From positions 20,028,001 through 20,092,000 of the forward strand of contig CM052832.1 in assembly GCA_028534125.1 (NCBI GenBank): 64,000 nucleotides of DNA. The letters are read 5' to 3'. The stretch is from Lama glama (lineage: Eukaryota). A model generated the notes under the pieces. The model was not told the origin of the DNA. It did no database searches and saw only the letters and a program-made list of their open reading frames with translations. This document shows, piece by piece, positions 1 through 13,376 of this stretch (position 1 is the first letter of the stretch; the number at the start of each line of letters is the position of its first letter). The position numbers and the translations under genes were made by a program.

Positions 1-189
1 TGCTTGCATTTTTGGTATTGTCAGTGGTATTATTTTCTGAAGGAGCACTTGTTGCATCCTCTTTTGGATAGCAGAGAAAATCTTCCACAGTCTGTTGCCT
101 GCCTCTTGTCCCTTACGTGTACCTTCTAGCTTAACCTTTCTTGCCCTCATCCCTTTGCTCAAGCTTCTCCTTTTGCTAATCAAGTCCTC

Positions 190-766
190 TCCCACTCAAT
201 CCCCTTTCCTTCTAGCTAACCCCAGTTTAGGCATTTCTCAAGACTTTGCTGACCCATTACCATCCTCTTGGAAGTGTTTACCATCTTCACCTTCCCACTT
301 AAGATTGGCGCCCACAATATCTTTTTATGTTCCCTCAGCATTCAAGGACTTACCTTTTCATTGACTGCAAACACATTACAATTGACCCTTGAACAACTAT
401 GGGGTAGGGTTAGGAGTATCAACCTTCTGTACAGTTGAAAATTCGAGTAAAACTTATCGTTGGCCTTCTATATTCAGGGTTCCTCTGTACCTGGGGTTTG
501 GCATCCAAGGATTCAACCAACTGCAGATCGTGTAGTGCTGTAGTATTTACTACTCAAAAAAATACACATATAAGTGGACCTGCACATTCAATCCAATGTC
601 ATTCAAGGATCGAGTGTATATGGTAAGTCATTACATTCCTTGTCTTTCTCCCACATTCAGTTGTAACTTCCTTAATGGCAAGGACTGTTTTCTTCATCCT
701 TCCCCCTACTTGAGCACAGTGCCAATTACAGAGGAAGCTCAATAAGGAATGTGCAATAATGAATGG
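190..766 (+). mobile_element. L2 LINE 3' fragment, interrupted by a Tigger MITE
   Basis: Degenerate L2 3'-end motifs (ttgtaacttccttaatggcaaggactgtttt...gagcacagtgcc...gctcaataa...aatgaatg) after a pyrimidine-rich L2-like body. Boundaries approximate. Confidence 0.6.
379..616 (-). mobile_element. Tigger2a-like non-autonomous Tc1/mariner MITE
   Basis: Terminal inverted repeats CAATTGACCCTTGAA / TTCAAGGATCGAGTG (12/15 match) and TA target duplication at 377-378 and 617-618. The interior resembles the Tigger2 end (aagtggacctgcacattcaa). Confidence 0.88.
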
Positions 767-1870
767 GTTCAGTGTGTTATTTAGTCACACAGCTGACATG
801 CCAGTCACTGAGCTGTACCTATTCTATGCATACTTATATCCCGACTGACTTACAGAAATTATCCTATTGAACTAATTTCATATATTGTTATTCATGCACA
901 GTCCTGTTCTCTTCCATGATTTTAAACTTGGTAAAGTGGTAACGTAGAGGGCTATCCTTTCCAACCCAGTTGCTGGGTAAGGTGTTTTTGCTTATTCCTC
1001 AATTTTACACAAGAGCAGAGTTGTGTAGATTCCATGCACAGTGATCTATTTTTGATCCCTTAGAAGCTTATGAGAATATTGTACATCATTCTTCAGCAAC
1101 CATACCTCTCCTTCACGTGCTGTGGTGTGAGCTTCTCTCATCTTGCTTGCCCAAACGAAGACAAAGTGACTATTGTTCACATTTTCTCTCTGAGACCATC
1201 TGTCATCTCCCACAATGTAATTTATACTCTTTGTATTTATGGGATAAAGAAAGAGGAGAGAGGTAAATTATACAATTTTATTTAGGAGAAATTACTCTTT
1301 AAAGTCTCCACTATTTACCCCATGCTCCACCATGATTTGCATGTCCAAATACATTTGGAGAATTTTTTGTGTGACTGTGATGTGACTCGTCTCATTAGCA
1401 GTTAAGCTGGACTTGGTCCATCAGAGGCTCTTCTTACAGACAATGGTTATGGTATCTGATGGAGACACAGGGACCCAGGTACTGTCAGCTATGGCTGAAA
1501 AGTGGATCTTGAATTGGCTTTATATTTCAGGGCATGAAATGGAGGGAAATTGTGGCACTTGGCAAGACTGAGTTTTGTTGAGATTTTTTTCCCCCTGCTG
1601 TGGGACAAAGAAAGCAGTGTTCTTTGGAAGCCTCATGAATGCTCACTCAAAGGCATGCTGCTGTGCGGCTATTTTGTAAATGCAGATAAATGGGGGATGA
1701 TTATATTCCAAGGTAGCTGGAGGCTACCTGGACTCCTGACCAACCTGCTCCAACTTGGGAAGAATGATTAACCTGCCATATGCCACTACATGGGAAAAAA
1801 TGGTAGAGGCGATGGCAGTGAACCAAGTCATAAAATAAGCCAAATAATAATGTGAAAACTCACTACCACT

Positions 1871-2480
1871 TATTCATTATTTGCTCATTCATCAAGTATT
1901 TTTTGAATACTTCATGCCGAGCACTGTTCCAGGTGTAAGGAATGAACTGGTATACAAAGCTAAAAAAAAAAAAAAAACTGCCTTCATGATTCAAGTTGGG
2001 GAAATACAACAGGTTATAAACATAATAAATCAATTATGCAATGGGTTATAGAGTATCAAGTATCACAGAAACAAACAGAACAAGATAAAGGGAATCAAGA
2101 GGGGTATGGGTGAGTTTGTTCTTTGAAATAGAACCGTAGAGATGGTAACAACTGAGACAGGGGTTGAAGGAGAAAAGGAAGTTGAGCTATGTGGCTGTTT
2201 GGAAGATTATCCCAAGAAGGGGAACAGGTAGTGCAAAGGCCTTGAGGCAGAAGCATGGATGTAATGTTTGTGAATAATCGAGAACAGGGTGTCTAGAGTA
2301 GCTCGAGCCAAAAGAGAGTTGCGAGAAATGAAGATAAAGAAGTGACAGAGCACGAATGAGGACAGATTGTATAGGGTCTTGTGGGCTGCTTTAAGGACTT
2401 TACATTTTACTCTAAAAGTAATGGGGTGCCACTGGGGAATCTTGAGTGTAATGAGATGAGATGACTTAGGTTCAACAGCA
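1871..2480 (-). mobile_element. L2 LINE 3' fragment
   Basis: Starts with a cattcat-type L2 tail, then gcactgttccaggtg, gtgcaaaggccttgaggcag and gggtcttgtgggc...aaggact motifs. Confidence 0.8.
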
Positions 2481-2529
2481 GCTATGTGCTTGTCATGTTG
2501 AGAACAGTCTATAGAAATATCGTATTAGA

Positions 2530-2695
2530 TCAGTCACTAAGACACTGAAGAACATTACTTCATTTAATCCTGTGAGCAAAATGGGTATCTTCACCCATTT
2601 TATAGATGAGGAAACTGAAGTACAGAGAAATGTAGTAGTTGAGCAAGGCCACATAGGGGACAAATGATGGATCCAAGATTTAAACCAGGAACCAA
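2530..2695 (-). mobile_element. MIR SINE
   Basis: Core motif cccattttatagatgaggaaactgaagtacagaga. Confidence 0.88.
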
Positions 2696-5600
2696 GCAAA
2701 AGTGTGTATCACCCAAGCCCTATAGCAATATTGATTTGGGTTTACTAATATGTTTCAGGAAACAGTCCATAGACCTTTGGGAATTACTACTTGGACTGAT
2801 TTTTCAGACCATATATGACTAATGTTATTGAAAGCTTTGACCACAATTGCTGGCCCTTTTAATAGTTAATCAACTAGTTTCCATATTTAAAGAAGAAAGA
2901 ATTCCCTGTCTTTTCTCACAGATACATCTTCAGGTTGCTTTGCACCTTCCATGAGGACTCCTTTATCATTGAAGAAGTACAACCCTTGTTAGGTTACTAA
3001 CAGTTGCTGAGTATATATCTTACCAATTTCTTAGTAATAACTCCATCCTTCTTCTAAAACATTCAAGTATTTTTCCAAAGTAAAATTCAGAAAAATGATC
3101 AAACTGAATAAAGCAAATACCACAGTGATGATCAATGGTTTTCAGTGAAGACTTCTCATAGAAATGAACCCTCTTGGTTCTTTACTGCATCAATTTTAAT
3201 ATATGATACCTCTGCTGTTAGTAAAGAAATATACAGAAAGCCGTGTAGCAATAAAATCAATAAAGGTCAAACATATACAGTAATAACTGGAATCTTAAAC
3301 CTTTGATACCTACCCTCAAACCAAACAGTTGAAAAGAACTAATAGATTATGAGGAGTTTCCACTTGTGAATGCAATTGGCCCTTGGTTTAGGGATAGACA
3401 TCAAAGAACAAATGTAAGAAAATCTCCTCATCAAATTTAATTGATTATAAATATTATAATTACTTTGGGAGGTAATTTAGAGGATATCGTTAATTTGCCA
3501 AATTATCTAATTATTTGATTGCAAACATTAGTTTTAAAACTGTTTAAATACCAGACTTCCTGAATATAATCATAGGTAGTTGGAAATGACTTTCTTGTGT
3601 TAGGTTTGCCAGTGATATTGCCTTGTCATTTACCTAGAGGCAAATGACTCAAAATAGAGGCTCACACCATTCTCTTCAGGTAAAAGTCATATTTCAAAGG
3701 TTGTCATAACATTCAAATTAACTGAATTTGAGAAATGTTAAAGCTTTGCTTGAGGGAAGAAAATCCAAAGGTTTTTTTTTTTTAACCCATATAAGGCTAA
3801 CAATCTATATCCACACACCATCACTATAAATGTTTTGTTTATGTGATGTAAAGCATTAAAAAAAAAAGCAGCATCCAAATATTTGACCTTATGTGGAGAA
3901 CAACATCTGGATAATTGATTAATTAAAAACATGAATCTGAATGTCTGGGTATAAAGAATAGTTCCTGTTCTTTGGTTAGAAAAGTGGCCTTGACGTCTTG
4001 AGGGAGAAGTTCTTCATGAGAAGAAATCTCATTAAACTTTCAGTGTGGCCTATTTTAAGCTTGACTGGAAAATACATAATTGTTCCATTTGAAACCAGGA
4101 AGTAGAGCAAGTCAACATCCTTTATAGCCAAGTCAATATAAAAAGTGCCTGTTTGTAAATGAGTGCCATAATGGTCCATAGAGAAACTGACAGTTTTCAA
4201 TTTATAGCATCCGAATGGAAAAGCACTTGTATGTGAGATTCCTTAAATCAGTCTCATTACTTTATAGTCACACTCTTCCTGGGTTTGTGTGTATATGCAT
4301 TCCACTCAATTATTTTTACCAAATCATTTGATAAATTTCAAAAATCTGTATTTTGTCCTGATTCTGTTGATTTTCAGGGAAACTTTCTGTAGTTTTATTT
4401 GTATTGCCCCCTGGAAATGGCTCTCAGCAATTTACCCACCCTAGTTTATGGTATATATTTCCTTCTTATTTCTTATTGATTCAAAGCTACATGCAGTTGT
4501 TTTCAGGTGTGCTTCTATGCTAAGAAATCTGACCCACCTTTCAAAACCATTGTACAAGGACCAGCGCTGTTGGACGCCTGAGTTTTGATGGTATTTTGCC
4601 AGCACAGAGACACAAGCTATTTAAATTAATTGAGATTATGGCAAACACTTCTTTGTTTGATCTACTCCCGTCAAATTCCAATGAGAAGCCATAATGAGTG
4701 AGTGGCTTGGCTTTCAAGGACTGAGGTGACTAATTTATTTTATTATTCAGAAGCAGGTTTTAACCCTAGAGAAATAAAATTGTTTTCCTTGTTTCACTAC
4801 ACACACACCCAGTACACATATAGACATATACATCCTTGTAGCCTAGGTATGCCCTGTGTGTAAGGGAATTAATTGTGTTTTTTAAAAAGCACCTGTATTT
4901 ATTCTATCTATGTATCTATATATCTAATTATTATCTCTAATTACCTACTTATCTCTAATTTATCTCTGTGTAAATTGGGACTATATAATCATATCTAGAC
5001 CTAGGTATATTATCTAGATATAGATAAATAAATTAGAGATAAATAGACCATTTCTTTTTCTCCAAGAAAAGAAAAAGATATGAACTTTTAATAATATTAA
5101 AAATAAATTTCTATCCTTCTAAGTTAATGTGCTCATCTCATTTTACGTGTTAGATTCAGGTACCAGGTGACTAATAGAAATCTGTCCATCTCAAAGACTA
5201 TGATGTAAAGTGTCCTTCAGAAAGAAAGACATATTTAAACACACATCATCTTATTTCTATGGGTTAGTTTAAAACAGATGCAGCATTTGTCAACAACTTT
5301 TCTTCCTTCCTCTGTTCCTATTGTGTGACAGTATCTATGAATCACAATTTCCCCAAAAGGCCTGGGGGTGGAAAAGGAAATAAAATCTTACTATATCCAT
5401 TTTACTACCTACACCTAGAACCTCTTGTAAAGAGTATGGTAGCAAATGAAACATAGGCTCTCCATTAATTTTAATTATAATTGGCTTGAGTTTTTGCAAA
5501 TAGTTCTAAAACGTTTGTACCTTTCAATACACCATGTGTCTGAATAGGCATATAAAACAAGGATCATTGGCAACCTGTTAGCTTTTTATACATGTAGCCT

Positions 5601-7085
5601 CTAATTTTCCATAGTGTTAAACTGTAGGAATTCAACTTATATTATGTCCTGGTGACATCCTTTCAACACTGTGATTATTAAACCATCTGATTTTCCTTTA
5701 CAATTCCAATCTGAAAACAATGGAATTTGTTAAATTTTATTTATAATTAATTAATAAAATTTTACATATTTATTAAGTATAACAAATATTTTGATAATTC
5801 ATAAATATGTCTATAAATATGTGTACATGTGCTAGGGGATATGAAATAGGCATGATGAATAAAAAGCATAAACACTAAATAGCCCCATACACATTAAAAC
5901 AGTAATAACAGAAAACATACTAGTCCATAACCAAATCAAGTTGTGGTGGGTATAAATATATAACTGATTACCTTATCATAAAACAGCAGAAAATCAGGTG
6001 TCCTGTTGGGCTGTAATTGAGGAGCCAGATGACAGCTGGCAGTCACAGTGGCACTCCTGGGACACACAGAACCACATGAGGCAGTGAGCCATTGGGTCCT
6101 AATTCTATTTGCATATGGCCAGAATTGCACTTACGAGTAAGAACAGATTTCCCAATCAATGTATGTCCCAGCAAACATATTTTCCTCTGGTAGACAGCAA
6201 ACAACAGCCTCTGTTAGACACTCTAGTTTTTATGAACTCTTCTAATTATTTCACTCTAAGGAAAGGTTAGTCCAAACACATAAATGAGATGAACAAACTG
6301 TGGGAAAGGAACTATTTTTCCACTATTTCTATATGGGTTGCATAAACATGCTCATTTAGGATATTAATATAGTTTCCATGAGTTACAACATTGTACGTGC
6401 TCTGTCTGCAGAACAAAAATAGTACAAATTAGTTAGGAACCAATGTTCTTGCCCATATGGAGAAGAATTATTGACTATTGGGCAGATTATGGAGGTAGGG
6501 GAAGGGTGAGACTTTGTGGAAGATTTTTGACTGGTCTTCCACAGTTAGAAAACATTTCAAAGAAGTATTTCATGAAGATAATCTAAATGTAGAGTGTGCT
6601 GGTCCCATTCCCTGAGATCTTCTAGATGTTTCTCTTTCAGTGCCTTCTCCTATTGCAAAACGATACCTAGGAGAAGAAGAGAATAGGAGAGCCACAGAAG
6701 CCAGGGGATTAAGCAGAGTTTATCGGGACAGAGCCTCTTGTTGTGTATGCTGCGTCCACAGCCTTTCCTCGTGGCGGGCTTTTCAGCAGCCCAGCTGCAT
6801 TTCCCTAGCACGCCTGTAATAGGGTTGCTCTTCTCCATCACAGTTCCTCCTTTTTTATTTCCACATGAAGTCTTATGTCAGGGGCACCTACGGCCAAAGG
6901 ACCTCGGAATTCATTTCAGCCTGTCCCATTTTGCTTTCTTTGACATCGCGTTCAGTTACAATCCAGGGAATTTCATTTGCTTAACTGACTTTCACGTTCC
7001 TGTGTGGAGACACAGATTTGACAACAAACCAGATTTATAAGCAGCGTTTAAAAACCCTCTGTATTGTGAAAAAATACAAAAAGTG

Positions 7086-7563
7086 CATGGCAGGAAGAAT
7101 AACAGCCTCTCCAAACATGCTCATTTCCTAATCTGTGGAACCTGTGCATGTGATGGCAAAGAGACTTTGCAGACGTGAGTAAGCGAAGAATTTTGAGACA
7201 AGGTAATTATCCCGGATTCTCTGAGTACCCCCAATATAAATCACGGGAGTTCTTAAAAGTGGAGAACCTTTCCTGGCTGTGGTCAGAAGGACATGTAACT
7301 ATGGAAGAAGGATGATCAAAGAGATGTTATGTTTTGTGGCTTAAAGGTGGAGAAATGGAGCCACAAACCAAAGCGCATTGGCAAGGAAATATACTCTCCC
7401 CTACAGCCTCCAGGAAAGAGCATAGCCCTGCTGACACCTTGATTTTCACCCTGCAAGACCCAAGTCAGGCTTTTAACCTATAGAACTGTGAGATAATACA
7501 TTATGTTGTTTTAAATAACCAAAGTATGATAATTTTTTACATTACCAATAGAAAACTAAGGCA
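7086..7563 (+). mobile_element. MLT1D-like MaLR solo LTR
   Basis: MLT1 motifs ggcaaagagactttgcagacgtga, cagcctccaggaaag...gccctgctgacaccttgattt and agaactgtgagataa; ends gaaaactaaggca. Confidence 0.88.
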
Positions 7564-7884
7564 GTGTTTAATAAAACTACTTTTATATGTTATTAATCAC
7601 AATTTCCAGTGCCTTTCCACCAAGCCTTCTTTCATACATCTCCCTCCTGCTATACACAGGGGTGAAAAATATCCCCATTTACCCACCTAACTTTCAGTCA
7701 GGAGATTGCTGTTTTAAATTAGCCAGTGAGTTTTTTTTTTAACAATACATCAGCTGCCATTTTAACATTATAGGATTCTTCTTTCGCCAAAATACTCCAT
7801 CCCTTTTTAATGTTTCAATCAGCATCAGGGAAGGGAAAAATAAGTCTTAAAAACTAAAACTCAAATACTAACACTCATTTAAAA

Positions 7885-9085
7885 AGGCACATATATTTCA
7901 AGTGCACATGGAATATTTTCTAAAACCATACACTTGGCCATAAAACAAGTGCCAGTCTATTTTAAAAGATGGTAGTGACACAAACACAAAAATGATGCTT
8001 TCTGGTCACAATGGGAATTAAATTAGAAATCAATAACAGAAAAGATATCTAGAAAATCATCTAATATTTGAAAATCAACTACTTCACTTTAAATAACCAA
8101 TGATTCAAAGTGAAAATTACAGGATAATTTACAAAAAATTTGAACCAAATAAAAATATACAAAGTATATCAGCATTTATGAAATAAAGTTAATGCAGTCT
8201 TTTGAGAAATTTACATCATCGAATGTTTCCTTAGAATGTAAAATAATGCTCTGAAACTAAATACCTAAGACACTACCTTAAGAACCTAGAAATACATGAA
8301 CAAATTTAATGCAAAGCAAGCAGAGTGGAGAAAACAATTAAGATAAAATGAGAAAAACTTCTGCTTTCTAGACTTAATAGAATAAATCAGTGAAAGCTAA
8401 ACTGATGTTTGAAAAGATCAGTGGATCTGGCTAGGCAGATCAAGAGAAAAAGAGAAGACAAAAAATGACTAATATCAGGAAGGAAATGAAAGCGATCACT
8501 ATAGATTCTACAGACATTAAAAATACAATAAAGGAATATTATGGAAACTTTGAGACAATAAACTCAGTAGTTTAGATAAAATGGACAGATTCTGTAAAAG
8601 AAACAAACTACCAAATTTCAGTCAAGAAGAAATAGATAATCTGAACAGTCCTATAGCTACAAAAGGAGTATCATTCATAATCCAAGCAAACAAATGCCTC
8701 CTACAAAAAACATGCAGGAGAATTAACAAGATGAACAAACTTGGTTTCAGGACTCATGATAAAGCTACTGTAATCATGACCGTATGGTATTGACATAAGG
8801 ATAGATACATAGATCAAAAGAACAAAATAGTTCAAAAACAGACCCAAACACATATGATCATTTGATTTTTGGCAATGTTGCCCAGGTAAATCAATAGGGA
8901 AGGAGTAGCTTTTCAACAAATGGTGCTGGAACAATTAAATATTCATACTTACTCTATATTATATGCAAAAATTAAGTCAAATGGATCATTTTACTAAACA
9001 TTAAATTAAAAACTATAAAACTTTGAATGCACTGGAAAAAAATTGGCATTTGGTTAAGCAAAAGCTTCTTTTATAGCACAAACCA
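7885..9085 (+). mobile_element. Old L1 ORF2 fragments (endonuclease end, linker, post-RT region) with a large internal deletion
   Basis: aattaaattagaaatcaataaca; ORF 8581 MDRFCKRNKLPNFSQEEIDNLNSPI matches the ORF2 linker; near 8700 it jumps to downstream ORF2 (ttttcaacaaatggtgctggaacaatt). Confidence 0.9.
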
Positions 9086-9869
9086 AGAGAGAAGAATTGA
9101 TTTTGTGGATAGTGTAGGGACTTTGATTATTTCCATGTTTCCCACATTGAAGAAAAGATAAATATCAAAACTAATTCAGATTTTGGAGAATATCCCATTT
9201 CAAAATAATCAACCCGAAGCACCCATTTGGGATTTAATCATCAATCTCATGGTTTTTGTTTTTACTTTTATCTATATTATAACTTCATTCTCAACTAGAT
9301 ATAAACTCCTTGAGGCATCTTTGGTACATCTTACTGACATGATTTATTAGATGGAGGGATGTACAAGTGGACTACCTGGCGTTTGTCCATTTTTTTATTA
9401 CATAATATATCTCGGAAAAGAGTGGATCACTGAAAAGATAGGAAGATAAGGATGGGGGTCTTATCAATGGATAGGAGATGTGCAGAAAAAACAGAACACA
9501 CTGTTCTACCTCCTTTTCCATATATATATATATTTTTTTTTTGAACAGTGTACAATGCTTGGGCTCTATCTGAACTACCTGGCTCCTTTCGCTTCAGCAA
9601 CCTAGGGTTATAAAACATTCTCAAAGGGACACTGAAACTTTTTAAGATGGTGATGGTGACTTGTCTTTTTGTTCATATGCATGTTGATCTGCTGCTACTT
9701 CCTTTCTTCTGATTTCTGTCGCAATCCTTTACCATTATCTTCAAATGTTACTTGCTTATACAAAGACATTTTGTCAGAGATCTTAGGACTGACAAAACGT
9801 CTTTATATCAGCAATTGATTATTAATTTTGGGTTTTATAATGACAATCGAGAGAACACCAGATTAGAAA

Positions 9870-10113
9870 AAAGAACTAGCATTTACTGAATTTCAAGTTT
9901 ATGCAAAGCCCTTTATAAGCTTTATCTTGCTGGTTTTCAAAAATCTCATAAAATACTGATGATTTGGGTATTATTTCAAGTTTAAGGACAAGGAAATTGA
10001 GCCTCAGTGATATTAAGGGAAATTTACCAAACTCAAAAAGAAAATAGGCAGCAGAGTTTTTATTTCAACTTTAAGATCTGTCTGCATTCAGAGCCTATGT
10101 TTCTTTCACTATT
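9870..10113 (-). mobile_element. MIR SINE
   Basis: agcatttactga...aaggaaattgagcctcagtga...agatctgtctgcattcagagcctatg. Confidence 0.7.
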
Positions 10114-10296
10114 TTACCCTACATTTGGGAGAATCAAAAACCTGGACTTTCTTCTCTGGCTCTGCTAATGAACAGTGGCAAAGGTGGTGTATTAGTTGTC
10201 CATTGCTGTGGAACCAGTTACTCCTTAGCAGCTTAAAATAGAAGTAAATATTGATTATCTCACATAGTTGTTGTGGATTAGAAATTAGGGAGCTGC

Positions 10297-10876
10297 CATG
10301 TTTAAAATAAGTACTCATGGGGTATTAATTTATGTCGGCGATTCAGAGACAACACAGAGAGGTTAATTGAGAGGAGGATGTATTACCTAGATTTCCCAAG
10401 AGAAGCCAGTATGTCATTCCATGCAGGGTCACATGGAGAAGCTCCAGAGTCAGTCAGAAAGCAGAAGCAGGACAAGGAGAATGTATGGCATGGAGACTTT
10501 ATTGTGTTTCCTGTGAGAAAGGCAATGCAGGGCAAGGGACACAGCTTAGGGCTAACTAGTGGAATAATGTCAGTGGGCTCTGGGCTATAGAGGGTAGTCT
10601 CCAGTTGTCTGGTACTTAGCCCTGGGTTGATATAGGGCAGTGGAAATGTTGACTTGGTGTTTGGGAGAGTTACACTAAGGAGGTGGTTAAGGAGGAGGTG
10701 GTTAGAGATATGGACTCAGGATTGCTTGGTTTGCATATGAAATGTGTTTTTGTGCTTGCAGGCATGTTGTTCAATACCTCTAGGAATTAGCTAGCCCTGG
10801 GAGGGGTAGTCTCTCTCCAGCCAAATGCCCTCAAGATGTCAAAATATCATAAAATGTAAAAAACACGGCTAGTAGA
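10297..10876 (-). mobile_element. MER74-family ERVL solo LTR
   Basis: ttggtttgcatatgaaa, ctctaggaattagctagccctgggagggg and tagtctccagttgtctggtac match the MER74 reverse complement; candidate TSD GCTGC/GCAGC. Confidence 0.85.
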
Positions 10877-11041
10877 GCAGCCCAGCCTGGCTGCTTCTAG
10901 CTTAAGGCCTCTCATGAGGTTCCAGTTAAGGTGTCAGCCAGGGTTGCAGTCTTCTGAGAGCTTGACTGGGGTTGGAGGATGCACTTCCCAGATGGTTCAC
11001 GCACATGATACCAGTTATTGGCAGGAGACCTCAGTTCCTTC

Positions 11042-11630
11042 TGTATTAGTTTTCTATTGGTGTATAACAGATTACTACAAACTTAATAGCTTAAATCAAC
11101 AAAAAAATTATTATCTCATAGTTTCCATGGGCCAGGATTCAGGGTACAGGTTAGATTGGGTCCACAGCTCGAGGTCTCTTCCAAGGCTGAAAATCAAGAT
11201 GTTAGCTGGGCTGTGTTCTCATCTAGAGCTCAGGGTTCTTCTCCAGGCACATACATATTGTTTCTCAAATCCAGCTCCTATGGCTGTAGGAATGAGGTTG
11301 CTGTCTTCTTGCTGGATGTCAGCCAGAGAGCTCTCTGAGCTCCTAGAGGCAGTCCTCATGCTCTAGTCACCTGGGCCTCTCATAACATGGCAGCTTACTT
11401 TTTCAAAGACATCAGAAGAATCTCTCCACTGCCTACAATGACAGTCTTAAATAACATAATGTAATCATCATGGTAACCATCCCTTCACTTTTCCATATAT
11501 CTTGGGTCATGAGAGTAATATCCAAACATATTGCTAGGTCCTGCCCACACACCAGTGGAGGGGATCACCCAGGATACGCGCACTGGCAGGTGGGAAGCTG
11601 GGGATCCATCTTAGAATTCTGCTCATCACA
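11042..11630 (-). mobile_element. MLT1E-like MaLR solo LTR
   Basis: Starts tgtattagttttctatt and ends ccatcttagaattctgctcatcaca, with typical MLT1E internal motifs. Confidence 0.85.
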
Positions 11631-13129
11631 TTCCATTGACTTCACTGATAAAGACTAAGAGCTTGGCTTCTTCCAGAGCAGGCAATCCAGGAGGGCAGGC
11701 ACAGAGGAAATTTCACCGCCATTTCTGACCTGATCTCAAAATTCCTGTAATGTTACTCCAGCCACATTCTATTCTTTTAGAAGTAAGTCACTAAATTTTT
11801 CTCTCTCTCAATAACAGAACAATTAGGCTCCATCTTTTGAGGGGATCATACAAAAAAATAAATTACGGATTTATTTCAAAATCACCACAGATGGCACTTA
11901 AAATTTTTAGCTCTTTGTCTCATCATCTACAAAATGAAGGGTTTAAACCAGTTGGTTACTAAGATTCTTGAATATGTGTTTATGCATGTTTATAGATTTG
12001 CGTCTAAAGTAGCTTCATTCTTTTGCCTACAGAAAGACTGTTCACTGGTAAGGGAGTGACTCTTTCTAAGGAAAAATATATGTGTTTTGAAATCAATTGT
12101 CTTGAGTTTATGTTATTGCTTTTTCAAAGTGCAAAATTTTTCTCATTTCTGCAATTGAATTAAGAGGTAGGAACTCATATTAAATGTGTGCCTGTGGGTG
12201 GGGGGTATTGTCACAACATACTTTGTGCCATATTTCAAATTGTCATATTGTTATTTCTCCCTTCTTTGCAGGAAGAGTTTTTATAAATAACTTGTTTCTT
12301 CTGAAATAATTGGAAATGTTAATTTTGTCTATCTTTGTGAAAGAAAATGGGAAAAGGGAAAAAAATAGTTTCAGTCTTCCTGAATCTTGACTGCTCTGAC
12401 ATGCAGAGAAATATAATAATCCATGTCCAGTTTTCCCATCAGGAAATTTCTGTGGTTTATGGCATGTATTTCAGACCCATTACCTCATGGATTTAGTGGA
12501 TCATGGATTACCCAGCACGTATTTCAGGAACATTACCTCATGAAGAAAACGTCTTTATTATAAGACACCCATGTTTCTGAAACATAATCTTACTTTGTAG
12601 TGGCTACATGAGGCTGCCTAGGAATATACGTTAATAAAAAGCCTTAATCATTAAGTCACCTGATCTTAGACCAAATAGTTTCTTGTGGAGGGCCAAATGA
12701 GCTAACACCATTTCTCTCTGACATTTTCTGAAATTAACTGGTGTTATACAATTCAAGAGTGTATTTGCCAGAGGGAAATATTTCCTTTAGAGAAAGCAAT
12801 AGCCACTTTTTTCCTCCTTTGCAAAGTTTCTAAAACAGCAGCAATTCAAAATTAACTTCAGAGATTATGGTTTCTCAAGAGTCCATCTAACGATTACTAG
12901 ATTTTAGCATTATTTATTAAATGTTTCAATTATCAAGGATTTCGAGGCTCTTACATGTCAACCAAAATTGAAGGGTGGAAATCCTGGCACTTCTCAGGGT
13001 TTCAGCATCCCAGGGATACTAAAAGTCATGGTGGTCCAAAAATATCACCAGAAATATAATGGCCCAAGAAGAAATTTGGATGACATATTCTAAAAATTTC
13101 ACTTGAGGTAGAGGTGGAGGAATTATAAT

Positions 13130-13376
13130 CATATAATGATGTCTAATTTTTAAACGATTTACTATTTGTCAGAAAATATATTAAATGCTTTATTTACATT
13201 ATCAAAATCTTTATCATCCTATGCAGAAAATACCATTGTTATGTGAAAATTAAAAAAAAAAAAAGGTAAGTCTAGAAAAGTCAAGTAATTTATCCAAGAT
13301 AATCTGGCAGGGAAGGGGCAGAATTAAGGCACCACTCCAAGAAAGGCTGACTCCAAAGCCTCTGCTTTTAAACACT
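13130..13376 (-). mobile_element. MIR SINE
   Basis: aaagtcaagtaatttatccaagat...ggctgactccaaagcctctgcttttaaacact. Confidence 0.75.

Larger units (their letters stand above)
10188..11889 (-). mobile_element. MLT1F-like MaLR solo LTR in three pieces (10188-10296, 10877-11041, 11631-11889)
   Basis: TG...CA termini (tgtattag / aatcaccaca), 5-bp TSD GGTGG/GATGG, and collinear MLT1F motifs on either side of two insertions. Confidence 0.85.
10125..11970 (+). mobile_element. MIR3/MIRc SINE split in two (10125-10187 and 11890-11970) by an LTR insertion
   Basis: 5' half gaatcaaaaacctggac...ggctctgcta; 3' half cacttaa...catcatctacaaaatgaagggtttaaaccag...ctaagattctt. Confidence 0.6.

Noticed and set aside
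10914..11366. 150-aa ORF
   Set aside because: Spans the MLT1F/MLT1E junction in non-coding LTR sequence, so it is fortuitous.
12462..12592. CRISPR-like repeat-spacer pattern
   Set aside because: Only two or three degenerate copies, mammalian context and no cas genes.
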